DNA from: a virus
Lineage: Duplodnaviria > Caudoviricetes
DNA length: 61,010 nt
Virus record (IMG/VR): IMGVR_UViG_3300008255_000145
Location: 1 to 61,010 of that record
Reading direction: 5' to 3' (one strand)
Shown here piece by piece: positions 10,986 to 21,500 of the stretch. Made by a program: the position numbers and the translations under genes. How positions within the stretch are numbered: position 1 is the stretch's first letter; every line of letters starts with the position of its first letter. Under the pieces are notes generated by a model that was not told the origin of the DNA, made no database searches, and saw only the letters and a program-made list of their open reading frames with translations.

Positions 10986-11477
10986 TTAATCTCCGTTGTA
11001 TGTTAATTTGGTTTCTGGTAATGGAACTCTAATCATTATATTGTCAGTATTTGTTTGATAGCTTGGTGTATATATAAAAGATGCTACCGATCCAGATGTA
11101 GTATCAAATATAGCTCTAACTGCGTAATCGTTTTTTATAGTTATGAACTTAATCACTATAGCCACAGACTCTTCTGTCATTTTAAATGCTTGTACATCTA
11201 GCTCAGATCTATATATACTGCTATTATTTGATATTGTATCTAATATAGTATTCTTTAAATTCCTCAATAAGTCATTGTCAATAATATTCCCAAGAAAGTC
11301 ATTGGGGTCAAATACTGTAAGGGGCATAATTGCCGCATCTCCTGGTGGAGTGGATATTATATTCTGTATTAATTGATATATAGCATCTGTATGTAGTGAC
11401 AATTCAGCATCTCCATTGACTAAAGATAAATCACCATTTATATCTTTTTTTATATCTCTTATTATTGATGTGTACAT
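10986..11477 (-). CDS. gp25/gpW-like baseplate wedge (sheath initiator)
   Basis: GDLSLVNGD..DAIYQLIQNIISTPPGD pattern; immediately upstream of baseplate J. Confidence 0.7.
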   Translation of the reverse strand: MYTSIIRDIKKDINGDLSLVNGDAELSLHTDAIYQLIQNIISTPPGDAAIMPLTVFDPNDFLGNIIDNDLLRNLKNTILDTISNNSSIYRSELDVQAFKMTEESVAIVIKFITIKNDYAVRAIFDTTSGSVASFIYTPSYQTNTDNIMIRVPLPETKLTYNGD

Positions 11478-11812
11478 TATATAAGTCCTAGAATGTCTTG
11501 TAGTGTTTCATTTAAAAAATCTAATGTATTTTCCATTGGAAATGAAAAAGTAAACATTGGTATTGGTGTTACTATTGTTGATGCCATAGTTGATGTATTT
11601 AATCCATTTATCTGGAATACACCGCCCATTTTTATATTCTCGGGATGTGTTGTAAATATAGTTTTACCAACTATATAATTTCCAGTTTTGCCATCTGATA
11701 TAATTCTATTATCTGGAGAAGAACCTATGGTAGCTCTGTCACTTTCAATTTCTATGTATGCAATTGTATCATGTTTTAATTTAATTACTTTAGTTTTTTG
11801 AGTATCACCCAT
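11477..11812 (-). CDS. Putative central-spike beta-strand subunit (111 aa)
   Basis: Short beta-strand-like repeats; lies between the hub and gp25-like genes. Confidence 0.4.
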   Translation of the reverse strand: MGDTQKTKVIKLKHDTIAYIEIESDRATIGSSPDNRIISDGKTGNYIVGKTIFTTHPENIKMGGVFQINGLNTSTMASTIVTPIPMFTFSFPMENTLDFLNETLQDILGLI

Positions 11813-12153
11813 TAGAGTTCTCCATATAAAATATCTGTACCGGACTTCTGCACCCTATTAGCTGATTCATTTGTTTCTTTTGGTTTAGACATAATAGTAG
11901 CAGTGCCATCTGCAGGTTTTCCATTACCAGAATACATAATTCTAATATGATCACCAATTTCTGGCATTCCTAATATCTTTAAGTAGGATAATGGCATATC
12001 CATTGGTATCCATTTAGAATTTACCTTTCCGACATCATTGCCATAAACTTTGCCTATAAGCTGTTTATTTTTCTCTGCTTTTACATAAACAGAATCATCA
12101 GCATCACTAATGCTAACATCTACAACCTTAGCGTATGTATATTGTATATTCAT
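11812..12153 (-). CDS. Putative spike OB-fold protein (gpV/gp5 N-terminal-like, 113 aa)
   Basis: AKVVDV...SKWIP...MPEIGDHIRIMY resembles the OB-fold P..GD.V motif of gpV/gp5. Confidence 0.55.
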   Translation of the reverse strand: MNIQYTYAKVVDVSISDADDSVYVKAEKNKQLIGKVYGNDVGKVNSKWIPMDMPLSYLKILGMPEIGDHIRIMYSGNGKPADGTATIMSKPKETNESANRVQKSGTDILYGEL

Positions 12154-12210
12154 AGTATCCTATATAATTAATATATATTATAACATCAAACAGTGATGTA
12201 CCATAATCGA

Positions 12211-15200
12211 TTATACGTCAGCATCCTTCTGTTTGGCTATTCCTAAAATTGAATTTAACGTATTAGATGATATATATTTAATAACATCAACAGCTTCATA
12301 TACCATTTTAAGCTGGTCTGCTTCAAACTCTGCAAGTGTTCCCATTTTATAGGTATCAAGACCATACATATATGGAATGCCGTGCATTAATAATGGTCTT
12401 AAATATATAGAATCTGTGTATTTAGCCATATTAAAAGCAGTAGTTCTAAGACTTATTAGTAATGCGGTCGTTAATATAAATACACCAGCAAATGGTATTA
12501 GTGCACCTGTAGCCATGCTACCAAATATAAGACTAGATGCAATAGATATACCTGCGGCACCAGCCATTGCTTTTCTTGGAGAATTTAGAGCCTTGAGTAC
12601 ATTACTATTGTATTTATTACTCATTGCTTCTATTTGTTCTTTTGTAAGAGTACTATTTTCAATAACTTGATTTATTTCATATGACGAAGTAGCGATATCT
12701 TCAAAATCACTCATTGTCATACTCGCAGCGGTTGATACGTGCGACGACATAGATGGAACTATACTACTAATCATTCCAGAATACTGTGATATATTAATAA
12801 TATGATCTTTAACTTCTATATTACCACCCATACCTATTGAAGAATCTACTAGAAAGATTGAATCATAAGGTTTTATATCGGAATTTATTATAATGCCGAA
12901 TGTTCCTTTATATAACTTTTTGCTTTGCTTCCACAATTCTGCAGTACCATAATCATATGCACCACCAAACGAAATTTTCGTTAACTTACCATTAACAGTA
13001 ATTTCTGCCTCATGTCCAGTAACTTCAAGTGGGGCATTTGGCGCCAATAACACCTTAGTTCTGACTTCTTCAGCTTTAAGAAATTGATTTAATTTAAGGG
13101 ATACACTATCGCCACTATCTCCATAATTAACAACAACTCTAGTATAAACATCTTTATAGTCAGCTCTTATTCTATTATAGCATAGATTCTTATGCGATGA
13201 AACAAACCACTTTTTCTGAAACTTTCTAACAGTTCTATTCCTTAGATTGGTTAAAAGATCTAATCTATCATTACCTTCAAAATATGTAGCACCAGCAATT
13301 AATCTTTCTCTAAATGTAAATGCTCTATTATAATATAGCCCAGTTGGAGGTCCAAAATATAATGTTACCCTATCTTCATATGGCAATACTTTTGCAACAT
13401 AGCCAGGATATCTATATGTCATTTCATCTATGATTTCCCATGGAGTCTTCGCATTAACATCAAAGTCAGAAAATATTTGGTCAAACCAATCGTTAAATTT
13501 AAGAGGATGTTCTGCTAATTGGGAGGAAAGACGATCAAACTCTTCTGTAATTGGAGTAAATAGATTTTGATCTGCATTACTTCTAGTGTATACCCACAGT
13601 CTATCTGTTATTCTTCCATCTGCTCTAATTCTCTTAAAATCAGGAGCTAGACCATATTCACCAAAAACAAGACCACCAAGACCAAATCCAAATTTACTAT
13701 CTGTCATTTGTAAGTTGGAAGATGACATTAATTTCCATTTGCCAAAATGAACCATTTCAGGTTGTGCTAAGGCCCAGTTTAATATCTCCCAAGTACCTGG
13801 ATTAAAATCTGTAATATCACTATTTTTATTTGGATTTTTTACGTCATATATAGCTTCTACTCCAAATGACTGACATTGCATTTCATATTGCATTCCATCG
13901 CCTTCAACTGAAGCTATAAGTCCATTAAACTTAGTAGGTAGTTCTTGTACATCATTACCGTACCCAGCCTTAAACTGTACACGGGTTCCTGGTTTTAATA
14001 CGATTCCAGTAAGTCTATTTTCTGCAATTGTATTAAGTGTTTCAGTAGGCTTTTTTTCAGTTTTTGGTTTATCTCTATACTTAGCAGAAGTAAATTTCTT
14101 AGATACATCTATAAATTTTACCATCAACAAATCGGCAGGCTGATCGGCATGTTCTATAAAATCTATTTCTGCAACAGCGTTCAATCCAAACATTTCATTT
14201 AAATCATGTCGCATCCATGCAAACATTTCTTCATCATCGTCTTCAAGAATATAGACCTTAAATGCTGGAAATGCATTTAGTAGAGTAAGTCTGTCTCTCA
14301 CACCGTTATCTATTGCTATGTTGTACTGTCCGACAACTTCCGAATCCTTTCTCTTTGATTCTATTTCTAATTGCTCCGCTTCAGATAATTCTTGCTTTTC
14401 TCCAAATATAATTGCAGTGGTTATTGCCTTGTGATCCGAACTCGTAGTTTCAGTATATGTCTCGGTTGAATATGCACCTTTTGATATTAGTATATTATCA
14501 AAACTTGCCGTGTCTGCATTTTTACTGCTATAATAAGTATTTTCTACAACTGCTTGACTAAAGCCAGAATATTCACTAGCAACTACATTATTGAAGTCTC
14601 CAAGAACTATTATTAAGTCTGAATTAAAATTTAGTTGTATTTGATTTCTAATATCGGCCAACATAAAATTAGCATTACTAACATCTTGACCACTTGGAAA
14701 ATGCACCCCAACAATAGATATTTTTTTATTACTCTTTGTAGTTACTATTGCGTGTATTGCATCTCTATTACCATGATATTTAATTGGGTCTTCTATCTCT
14801 ATAGACTCAAATGAATCATTTTTGATAAACATAGATGTTCCCCATTTCTTAAACTCATTGGTAACATATTCTCCATATGATCCTTCTATTTTTATAATTT
14901 CAAATTTTCCATTATCAAGTTCGTCAATATTCATATTATATATTTCATTGAATACAACTATAGAGTTGTGTAATAACAATTCCTCAGCATATAATAAATC
15001 CTCAGGATTGGTACCAAATTTTACATTCCATGTTGCAATGCGTGCAATCATACTGTCTGAATCTGCCAACTGATCTATCTCTAGTTTGGTTGATGTATTA
15101 GTGTTATTGCCAGGAGTAGCAGAATTAATTGCGTCATCATCTTTTGCGGCCTTATTATCATCTAGGGCTATATTATATGCACTCTTACTATGTCTTAATA

Positions 15201-18200
15201 TTCCTTTCGTATTCTCTAGAATTTTTTTATTTCGTTTTTTTTGTATATCACGATATGCTGATGCATTTCCTATTCCCATATAGTTAGCGCCAGTTATCAG
15301 TGATTTAGATGTAGTTTGTTTTACTATATCTTGTTCTTTATTGGAATCTAGTGTTACTTCTTTATATTTATTTGCCTTATCGTTATTTTTACTATTCTTT
15401 ACCTTTTTAGTGGCTTCAATCTCTTTTTCATTTTGTTCTTTTTCTTTTGCACTAAACTCTGTTTGAATTACAACACTAGATAATATGTCGCTTAATCTTG
15501 TATCATCAAATTGTTCTTCGTATTTCTTTAATGCCTTATTATATTGCTCATTATTAAGAACCATATCATTATTGGTATTTTGTGTTTTAAAGTCATAATC
15601 ATGATATTTGCTTTCTTGATAAAAATAAAAATCAGGATTTAATGTTGGAGGCAAATAAAAGTCACTATATGCACTCTCGGTTATCTGATCTACAAAATCT
15701 AATGTAGTCAATCCTAGCTCATTGGGCTTTAACATAGCACCAAGGGACGGCCATGCTTTATATATCTTACCTAAATTAGCTTGGACACCCGACCATAATG
15801 CATCTCTGACATCAACTTTGATAACATCCTTACTTCTAAATACAGAAGATAAATCAATATCAACCTTTTTAACAGTACCAGTAAATTTACTTGTAACTAT
15901 TTTTGTTACACCATATTTATCAAAAAAACTATCCTTATCAGTTATATTTCCAACAGCACTTTCTAATCTTTTTAGCATATCGTCTATAACTGCTTTTCTT
16001 GTATTAGTTATATTTTGTGGGTAATTTATTACTGATATTTTATATTTAGCATTACCCTTGATCCCTTTAGTATATATTCCCGTTCCTACATTATTATATG
16101 ACACAAATCCTTCTATTTCATATGAAGCACTAAGTATTTCTAATTCTAGAGTAGTTCCAGTAAATATCTCATCTATGAATTTGTGAATAATATCACTATC
16201 GGTATATCTTTCTGTCATACTAAACATGTTACTAGTATAAAAATGAGTACGCATCTTAGTAATATTAGTTGCTTGTAATAACATAGCCTCACCGCCAGGA
16301 ATTTCAGGTATAGTTTCTATTCTACTTGAATCAACAGAGAAAAATACACCAGGAGCTATAGTATTAAGAAATGGGTCTTTAATAATAATACCATCCATTA
16401 ATGATAGATCTTTGTATTTAGAAAGATTATTATGTATTTTGTCTAATATTTGATTGAATTCTAAAATTGAAGATTTAGCTGATTCTAATTGTTCGTCAGC
16501 AGACACTATTTTAAGGGCAATAGTATCCTCGCGACCCCCTAGATACTGATGTGTAGCTAGTCTATGTCCCGCTAGTGGTACTCTAGGAATTGTAACATTT
16601 CCATTAACTTCATATGAATCTATAATAATATTTTTAACTACATGCTCATTATATGTTCGTAGATAGTATATTGCAGTGAATGCTATATCTGGAAATTCAA
16701 TATCATAACCCTTATTGGTTTCATCGCCATTGATTGGCGCATAGTCTACTTCTACAATTTCTTTTGATGACTTATTTAATAGTTCTTTTGGTATATCTAA
16801 TAAGAACAACTTTGCTTCATCAACTCTTCTTATTTTTAGTGCAGGAACAATATTGTGGTTAACATCTTTAAAATAGGATAGCATCTTATTAGCCGCACCT
16901 TGATAGTCGCCATCATTAATAAATGAAACAATACCATTAACATTAGATTCGCCCGCACCTCTATTATAGAAATGTGATATTAACGCATTAAACATATTCA
17001 TTGTTATTGGAGCTGATATACTGTTTTTAACTTGGTAGAATACCTCTTTCTGTATGTGAGTTAATACTTGAATTTCTGCTTCACCTCTTGTCATTGATAA
17101 TGTAGCTAATTGATATGCCTTATCAATATCTTCAGTTCTAAAAACTATTCCAGCAGCATTATTTTTGTCAGCTCTAATAGATGCCAATTCTTTAATGCTT
17201 AATAACTGTTTCCCTTTATTTAATACCTTTTGTACAGATGCCCGAGTTCCATGTCCAATAGAATAATGATCTACGTCTGGATAAGCAAATTCACTATATC
17301 CTTCCTTGTCGATAATAAATTTTAATATACTACCACTAAGTACAAACGGATTGGATGTACTTGGATTGCTTATATACCTTTTTACTGCTTCACTAATCTT
17401 TTCCGTTTGAAGATCTGTAGCTCTTTCTTTGAATTTATCAATCTTTTCATTTTCTGCTTTATAATATGTTTCATCATAAAATGCAACTTTTTGTACATCA
17501 CCTGCTTTTGGGTATCCTTTATTGGCTTCAATGGCCATAGCTTTTGCTGGGGACATTATGCCTTTTTTTTCAAACAAACCACTTAATCCATCTCTTTCTA
17601 TATCGTCATATGTAAATGATATTTCTTTAGGCTCATAAGTATAATATCCAAGAACAATACTATTGCTTGGTTTATTGTATATCTTATACCATTGAGATAT
17701 CGCATCATAAAGTTTATAATTTAATGCATGAAACTGATTGAATGCTTCAGACTTTTTAATGTCATATGTTAATCCTGGAGTTTTAAAATATCCACTATTG
17801 CCACGCTTAAATATAGTATTGTTACTAGATACATTCTCTTCACTTTTATAGTTAAATGTTTCATAGTTCTTAACATACTTTATTGAATCTGCATATGGTA
17901 GATAATTAAATAGTAATAGATTTAATGTAAGCCTAGTTGCTCTAGGGGTATTTTGATCCGGCATTATTGCATGACCATTATAGGTAAACATTAATTTATC
18001 CTTACTAAGAGATAGTGTATCATAGTTAATCTCTTTAAGTTTGGTTATTAAATGTTTTCTTAGGAATTCGTTCTCCATTTCAAAGAACGGCATATATGTT
18101 ATTTGAGTAAGAAGTGGCATCATTTTATTAATAATTTCATCTTCCATACTAGTTTGGAAATATGGATTGTCCGTAAATACCAAAGATAATTGTATTGCAA

Positions 18201-18522
18201 CTTCTGTATGGTTAGTATCTATTGATACAGTGTGTTGAGTTCTTAGATTGGGCATATTGATTTTACGTTCTGATATATTAATAGCTATGTTCTCAGGTGG
18301 TATTGTTAATAATATATCATTTATTCTAAGAAGGGAGTTGTCGCCCGATTCTCCATGCTTACGCATGATTTTATTGTCTGTTAATTCACTGTATGTTTTA
18401 TAGCTTTTATAGATGGTATTTGGAGTTTCATTTGGATCTAAATATCTATTTACACTATTTATCCAATAAGCCTCTAAGTCATACTTGTTAGTTAAACTTC
18501 CACCGTTTTGTACTTTATCCAT
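12211..18522 (-). CDS. Large baseplate hub / tail-associated lysin with GH24 lysozyme and EEP domains (~2100 aa)
   Basis: Likely start is the ATG at 18522 (TAATAATG coupling; the ORF track extends to 18543). Lysozyme motifs KEGYSEFAYPD..SIGHGT, FNALISHFYNRG, LKIRRVDEAKLF (~16800-17330). EEP motifs ATWNV, FNE, VHF, LGDFN, FDNI, SDH (~14400-15050). C-terminal hub-like region RVQFKAGYG..KFNGLI..CQSFG. Confidence 0.8.
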   Translation of the reverse strand: MDKVQNGGSLTNKYDLEAYWINSVNRYLDPNETPNTIYKSYKTYSELTDNKIMRKHGESGDNSLLRINDILLTIPPENIAINISERKINMPNLRTQHTVSIDTNHTEVAIQLSLVFTDNPYFQTSMEDEIINKMMPLLTQITYMPFFEMENEFLRKHLITKLKEINYDTLSLSKDKLMFTYNGHAIMPDQNTPRATRLTLNLLLFNYLPYADSIKYVKNYETFNYKSEENVSSNNTIFKRGNSGYFKTPGLTYDIKKSEAFNQFHALNYKLYDAISQWYKIYNKPSNSIVLGYYTYEPKEISFTYDDIERDGLSGLFEKKGIMSPAKAMAIEANKGYPKAGDVQKVAFYDETYYKAENEKIDKFKERATDLQTEKISEAVKRYISNPSTSNPFVLSGSILKFIIDKEGYSEFAYPDVDHYSIGHGTRASVQKVLNKGKQLLSIKELASIRADKNNAAGIVFRTEDIDKAYQLATLSMTRGEAEIQVLTHIQKEVFYQVKNSISAPITMNMFNALISHFYNRGAGESNVNGIVSFINDGDYQGAANKMLSYFKDVNHNIVPALKIRRVDEAKLFLLDIPKELLNKSSKEIVEVDYAPINGDETNKGYDIEFPDIAFTAIYYLRTYNEHVVKNIIIDSYEVNGNVTIPRVPLAGHRLATHQYLGGREDTIALKIVSADEQLESAKSSILEFNQILDKIHNNLSKYKDLSLMDGIIIKDPFLNTIAPGVFFSVDSSRIETIPEIPGGEAMLLQATNITKMRTHFYTSNMFSMTERYTDSDIIHKFIDEIFTGTTLELEILSASYEIEGFVSYNNVGTGIYTKGIKGNAKYKISVINYPQNITNTRKAVIDDMLKRLESAVGNITDKDSFFDKYGVTKIVTSKFTGTVKKVDIDLSSVFRSKDVIKVDVRDALWSGVQANLGKIYKAWPSLGAMLKPNELGLTTLDFVDQITESAYSDFYLPPTLNPDFYFYQESKYHDYDFKTQNTNNDMVLNNEQYNKALKKYEEQFDDTRLSDILSSVVIQTEFSAKEKEQNEKEIEATKKVKNSKNNDKANKYKEVTLDSNKEQDIVKQTTSKSLITGANYMGIGNASAYRDIQKKRNKKILENTKGILRHSKSAYNIALDDNKAAKDDDAINSATPGNNTNTSTKLEIDQLADSDSMIARIATWNVKFGTNPEDLLYAEELLLHNSIVVFNEIYNMNIDELDNGKFEIIKIEGSYGEYVTNEFKKWGTSMFIKNDSFESIEIEDPIKYHGNRDAIHAIVTTKSNKKISIVGVHFPSGQDVSNANFMLADIRNQIQLNFNSDLIIVLGDFNNVVASEYSGFSQAVVENTYYSSKNADTASFDNILISKGAYSTETYTETTSSDHKAITTAIIFGEKQELSEAEQLEIESKRKDSEVVGQYNIAIDNGVRDRLTLLNAFPAFKVYILEDDDEEMFAWMRHDLNEMFGLNAVAEIDFIEHADQPADLLMVKFIDVSKKFTSAKYRDKPKTEKKPTETLNTIAENRLTGIVLKPGTRVQFKAGYGNDVQELPTKFNGLIASVEGDGMQYEMQCQSFGVEAIYDVKNPNKNSDITDFNPGTWEILNWALAQPEMVHFGKWKLMSSSNLQMTDSKFGFGLGGLVFGEYGLAPDFKRIRADGRITDRLWVYTRSNADQNLFTPITEEFDRLSSQLAEHPLKFNDWFDQIFSDFDVNAKTPWEIIDEMTYRYPGYVAKVLPYEDRVTLYFGPPTGLYYNRAFTFRERLIAGATYFEGNDRLDLLTNLRNRTVRKFQKKWFVSSHKNLCYNRIRADYKDVYTRVVVNYGDSGDSVSLKLNQFLKAEEVRTKVLLAPNAPLEVTGHEAEITVNGKLTKISFGGAYDYGTAELWKQSKKLYKGTFGIIINSDIKPYDSIFLVDSSIGMGGNIEVKDHIINISQYSGMISSIVPSMSSHVSTAASMTMSDFEDIATSSYEINQVIENSTLTKEQIEAMSNKYNSNVLKALNSPRKAMAGAAGISIASSLIFGSMATGALIPFAGVFILTTALLISLRTTAFNMAKYTDSIYLRPLLMHGIPYMYGLDTYKMGTLAEFEADQLKMVYEAVDVIKYISSNTLNSILGIAKQKDADV

Positions 18523-18524
18523 TA

Positions 18525-21500
18525 TTAACCACCATAGTTCCAATTATTTTGTTTGTTATCGTCTTGCAATTCAGCTAAATACCTTGAATTGATTGAATTC
18601 GATTGATTGATTACATATTGAGATCCGCCACCTCCGACTGCACCTTGTACATCCCCTGCAGACATACCTGGACCTAATTCTCCAGTAAGGGCATATCTTG
18701 CACCACCAACTGCCTTACTAACTATTCCTGTTGGAGGATTAATACCATTCTCATATGTTCTTTTATTTTTTATTCTAGATTCTTCTCTAGCTTCTTGATT
18801 CTTTATATTATTGTCTGGACTTTGTAATAAAAATGCACCGGCTAATAATGCACTACCTGCAATAAGTAGTCCTTTGTTATCTTTTATCTTCTTAGTGATA
18901 TTCATTAAAGAATCACCTGAAGATATTGCAATCTCTCTCATTGCTCCTGTACTAGCTCTATTTCTTAATAATTGTTCGGCACCAGGTTCCATAATATTAT
19001 AGTCTTTTGGTAGGTTGCCAAGAAAGTTATGCAGCGTTGCCGCGCTATCTCTAGTAGTGGCTTTCTTTGTCATTAAATCTACAAGTATAGGATTCTCGGC
19101 ATAATACTTTCTACCGCCTTTAAGATAATTCTCTATTTCCATATCACTCATTTCTGCCATAATATCGTGACCCTCAAGATTTTTCATGGTAAGATGTTTC
19201 TTAAATAGATCTCTAGCTTCTTCTATATTATTTTTCTTAACATCAAATATATTATAAATTTCCTCTAACTGATCTTGTGCAATAGGACTCTTAGAACCAA
19301 TGGCTCTTTCAGGTAAAGTACTAACATAATGTTCCATAATAGCACTTTTAGTCGAAGCTTTAAAATGTTCTGAGTCTTGAAATACATCTCCTACATAAGG
19401 ATTAATAGATCTACTATATGGCATTGTCACATTATAAAATTCAGAAATACCCTGTTGAGACACGTTGGCTATTTGATTGGGCACAAGCCCTTTTGTCATA
19501 TTCTTAAATACATCACCACCTTTAAGACCCCCCTTATTTGATTCAGAAAAGAACTCTAATAATGGAGACTTATAATCTTTCCATTGCCTTGATGTAGCAA
19601 GTCTAGCCTCTTCTCTAGATATTGTAATAGCAGACCATGGATCTTTATCTTGATCTAGTAAACCTAAGAATTCCGTAATTTGATTAGCGGCCATCTTATC
19701 ATTCATTCCTGCTATCCATGTTCTATCATATTTATTAACGCCTGCTATTTTGTTTAGTTGGTCAGCCATATCTTCCATGTCTAACACTTTAGATACAGTA
19801 AATGATTCTGCGCCATAATAAGGAGCACGACCGCCTGCTTCAAATAGTCCCTTTTTAATTAACTTTTGTCTAGTTTGATTATTAAATTCAGACAATTGTT
19901 CTGAGGACAAATTGCTTATTCCAGTACTTTCTTTATAACTAGCAAGTTCTGTTTTATACATATCTGTATATGCTAATTTTTCATCTATAACAGCACTATT
20001 ATATCCAGTAAAGGATTTAGTTTTTAATTCCTCAATACTAACACCATATCTTTCTGCTAGCATACTTTGTACTTTGCCACCGTGTTTTTTATCAAGAGAT
20101 TCTAACATCTGTATATCAAATCCCTGAGGACCAACATATACTCTAGAAGAACTATTTGGATGTAAGTGATCTATTTTAAAGGCTGCTTGTTCTATAAGTC
20201 CAACAGCAAGATTTGCCCTCAATGCTTTATTGGCTAATATAGCTTCATGTTTTCCAGCTCTAAGGTTTTGTATAAAATCTTTATTAGCAGCATTATATTC
20301 GCCAAGAATATCTATAGAACCTTCAAGATCATATTGATTAGTTGCACTAGTATATTTACTATCAAATAAAGCTAATGGTATATTGCGATAATTATTACTT
20401 TGTCCACTACCAAGATCTATGTAAAATACAGTATCTTTTGCAACACTCTTATTTAATAATTTATTATCAAGACCTTGATTAGCCATATCAGTAGCACGTT
20501 TTCTGGCAGCGTCTACATCTCCACCAAAGAATATATTAATATCCTCGTCTACTAAGTTTTCTAATTTAAATCCATAAGATGGACCAGATATATTGTTTGC
20601 TATAACTGGTAATATCTGCTGAGTAACATTCTTAATAAAAGCAGTATTTGCTTCAGAGCCTATATTAAGTTCTTTAGCTGCGTCAATAAATCCAGCACTC
20701 ATTAATCTTCTTTTCTGTATATTATTAATAGATACTTGACCAATTCCTATGCCGTGATTTGCTTGAGTAGTATCTGCCGATATATATGATTCATATAAAT
20801 TTGCACCACCAAATATACTATCATTAATTGGCTTATTCATTCTTGCAAGAGGTTCATTTTTACGATGTGGCGGAGCCCCAGTAATAAGCAGTTCTAAATC
20901 CTTATCAAAACTATTATGGATTTTCATAATCTCTCTATACTGTCTATTATTTTGAGGGCCAGTAAGAATTTTAAACATTTGTTGTTCATTAATATTGTTG
21001 TTCATTCCATATATAGTTGCCGCAGCTGACATTTTAGTATTAACTATTCCAGCACCTTCAAGTTTGCCGAATGAACCCCAGAATTTGTTACTCTCAGCAA
21101 ATTTAAATATAGACTCTCCATGTATCCTAATGCCATCTTCTGTAGCTGTAATTCTTTTTATTATAGTATTAGAATTGATTTCACCTTTACTCATAGGATT
21201 GTAAGTTAAGGCTATCTTACCCTTTTTCCTTGTTAATCCAGACATTTGTATGCCTTTTAATGTCATGCCACCTGGTTTAGATACTCTGGCTGCAAAGTCT
21301 TTATATACTTGATCTCTGATACCTTCATTGCCTGCCTCACTCATCATGAGAGCTAATTTCCTAGCTGTTTTTCTTTTGCCTTTAACAGACATATATTTTC
21401 CACCACTAGATTGTAGCATGGCATCTGCTATCATTAGGTTGGCTTCATGAGTTAATGCAACTCCCTTACCTTTAAAGGATAGTTGTATATTTTTACTAGC

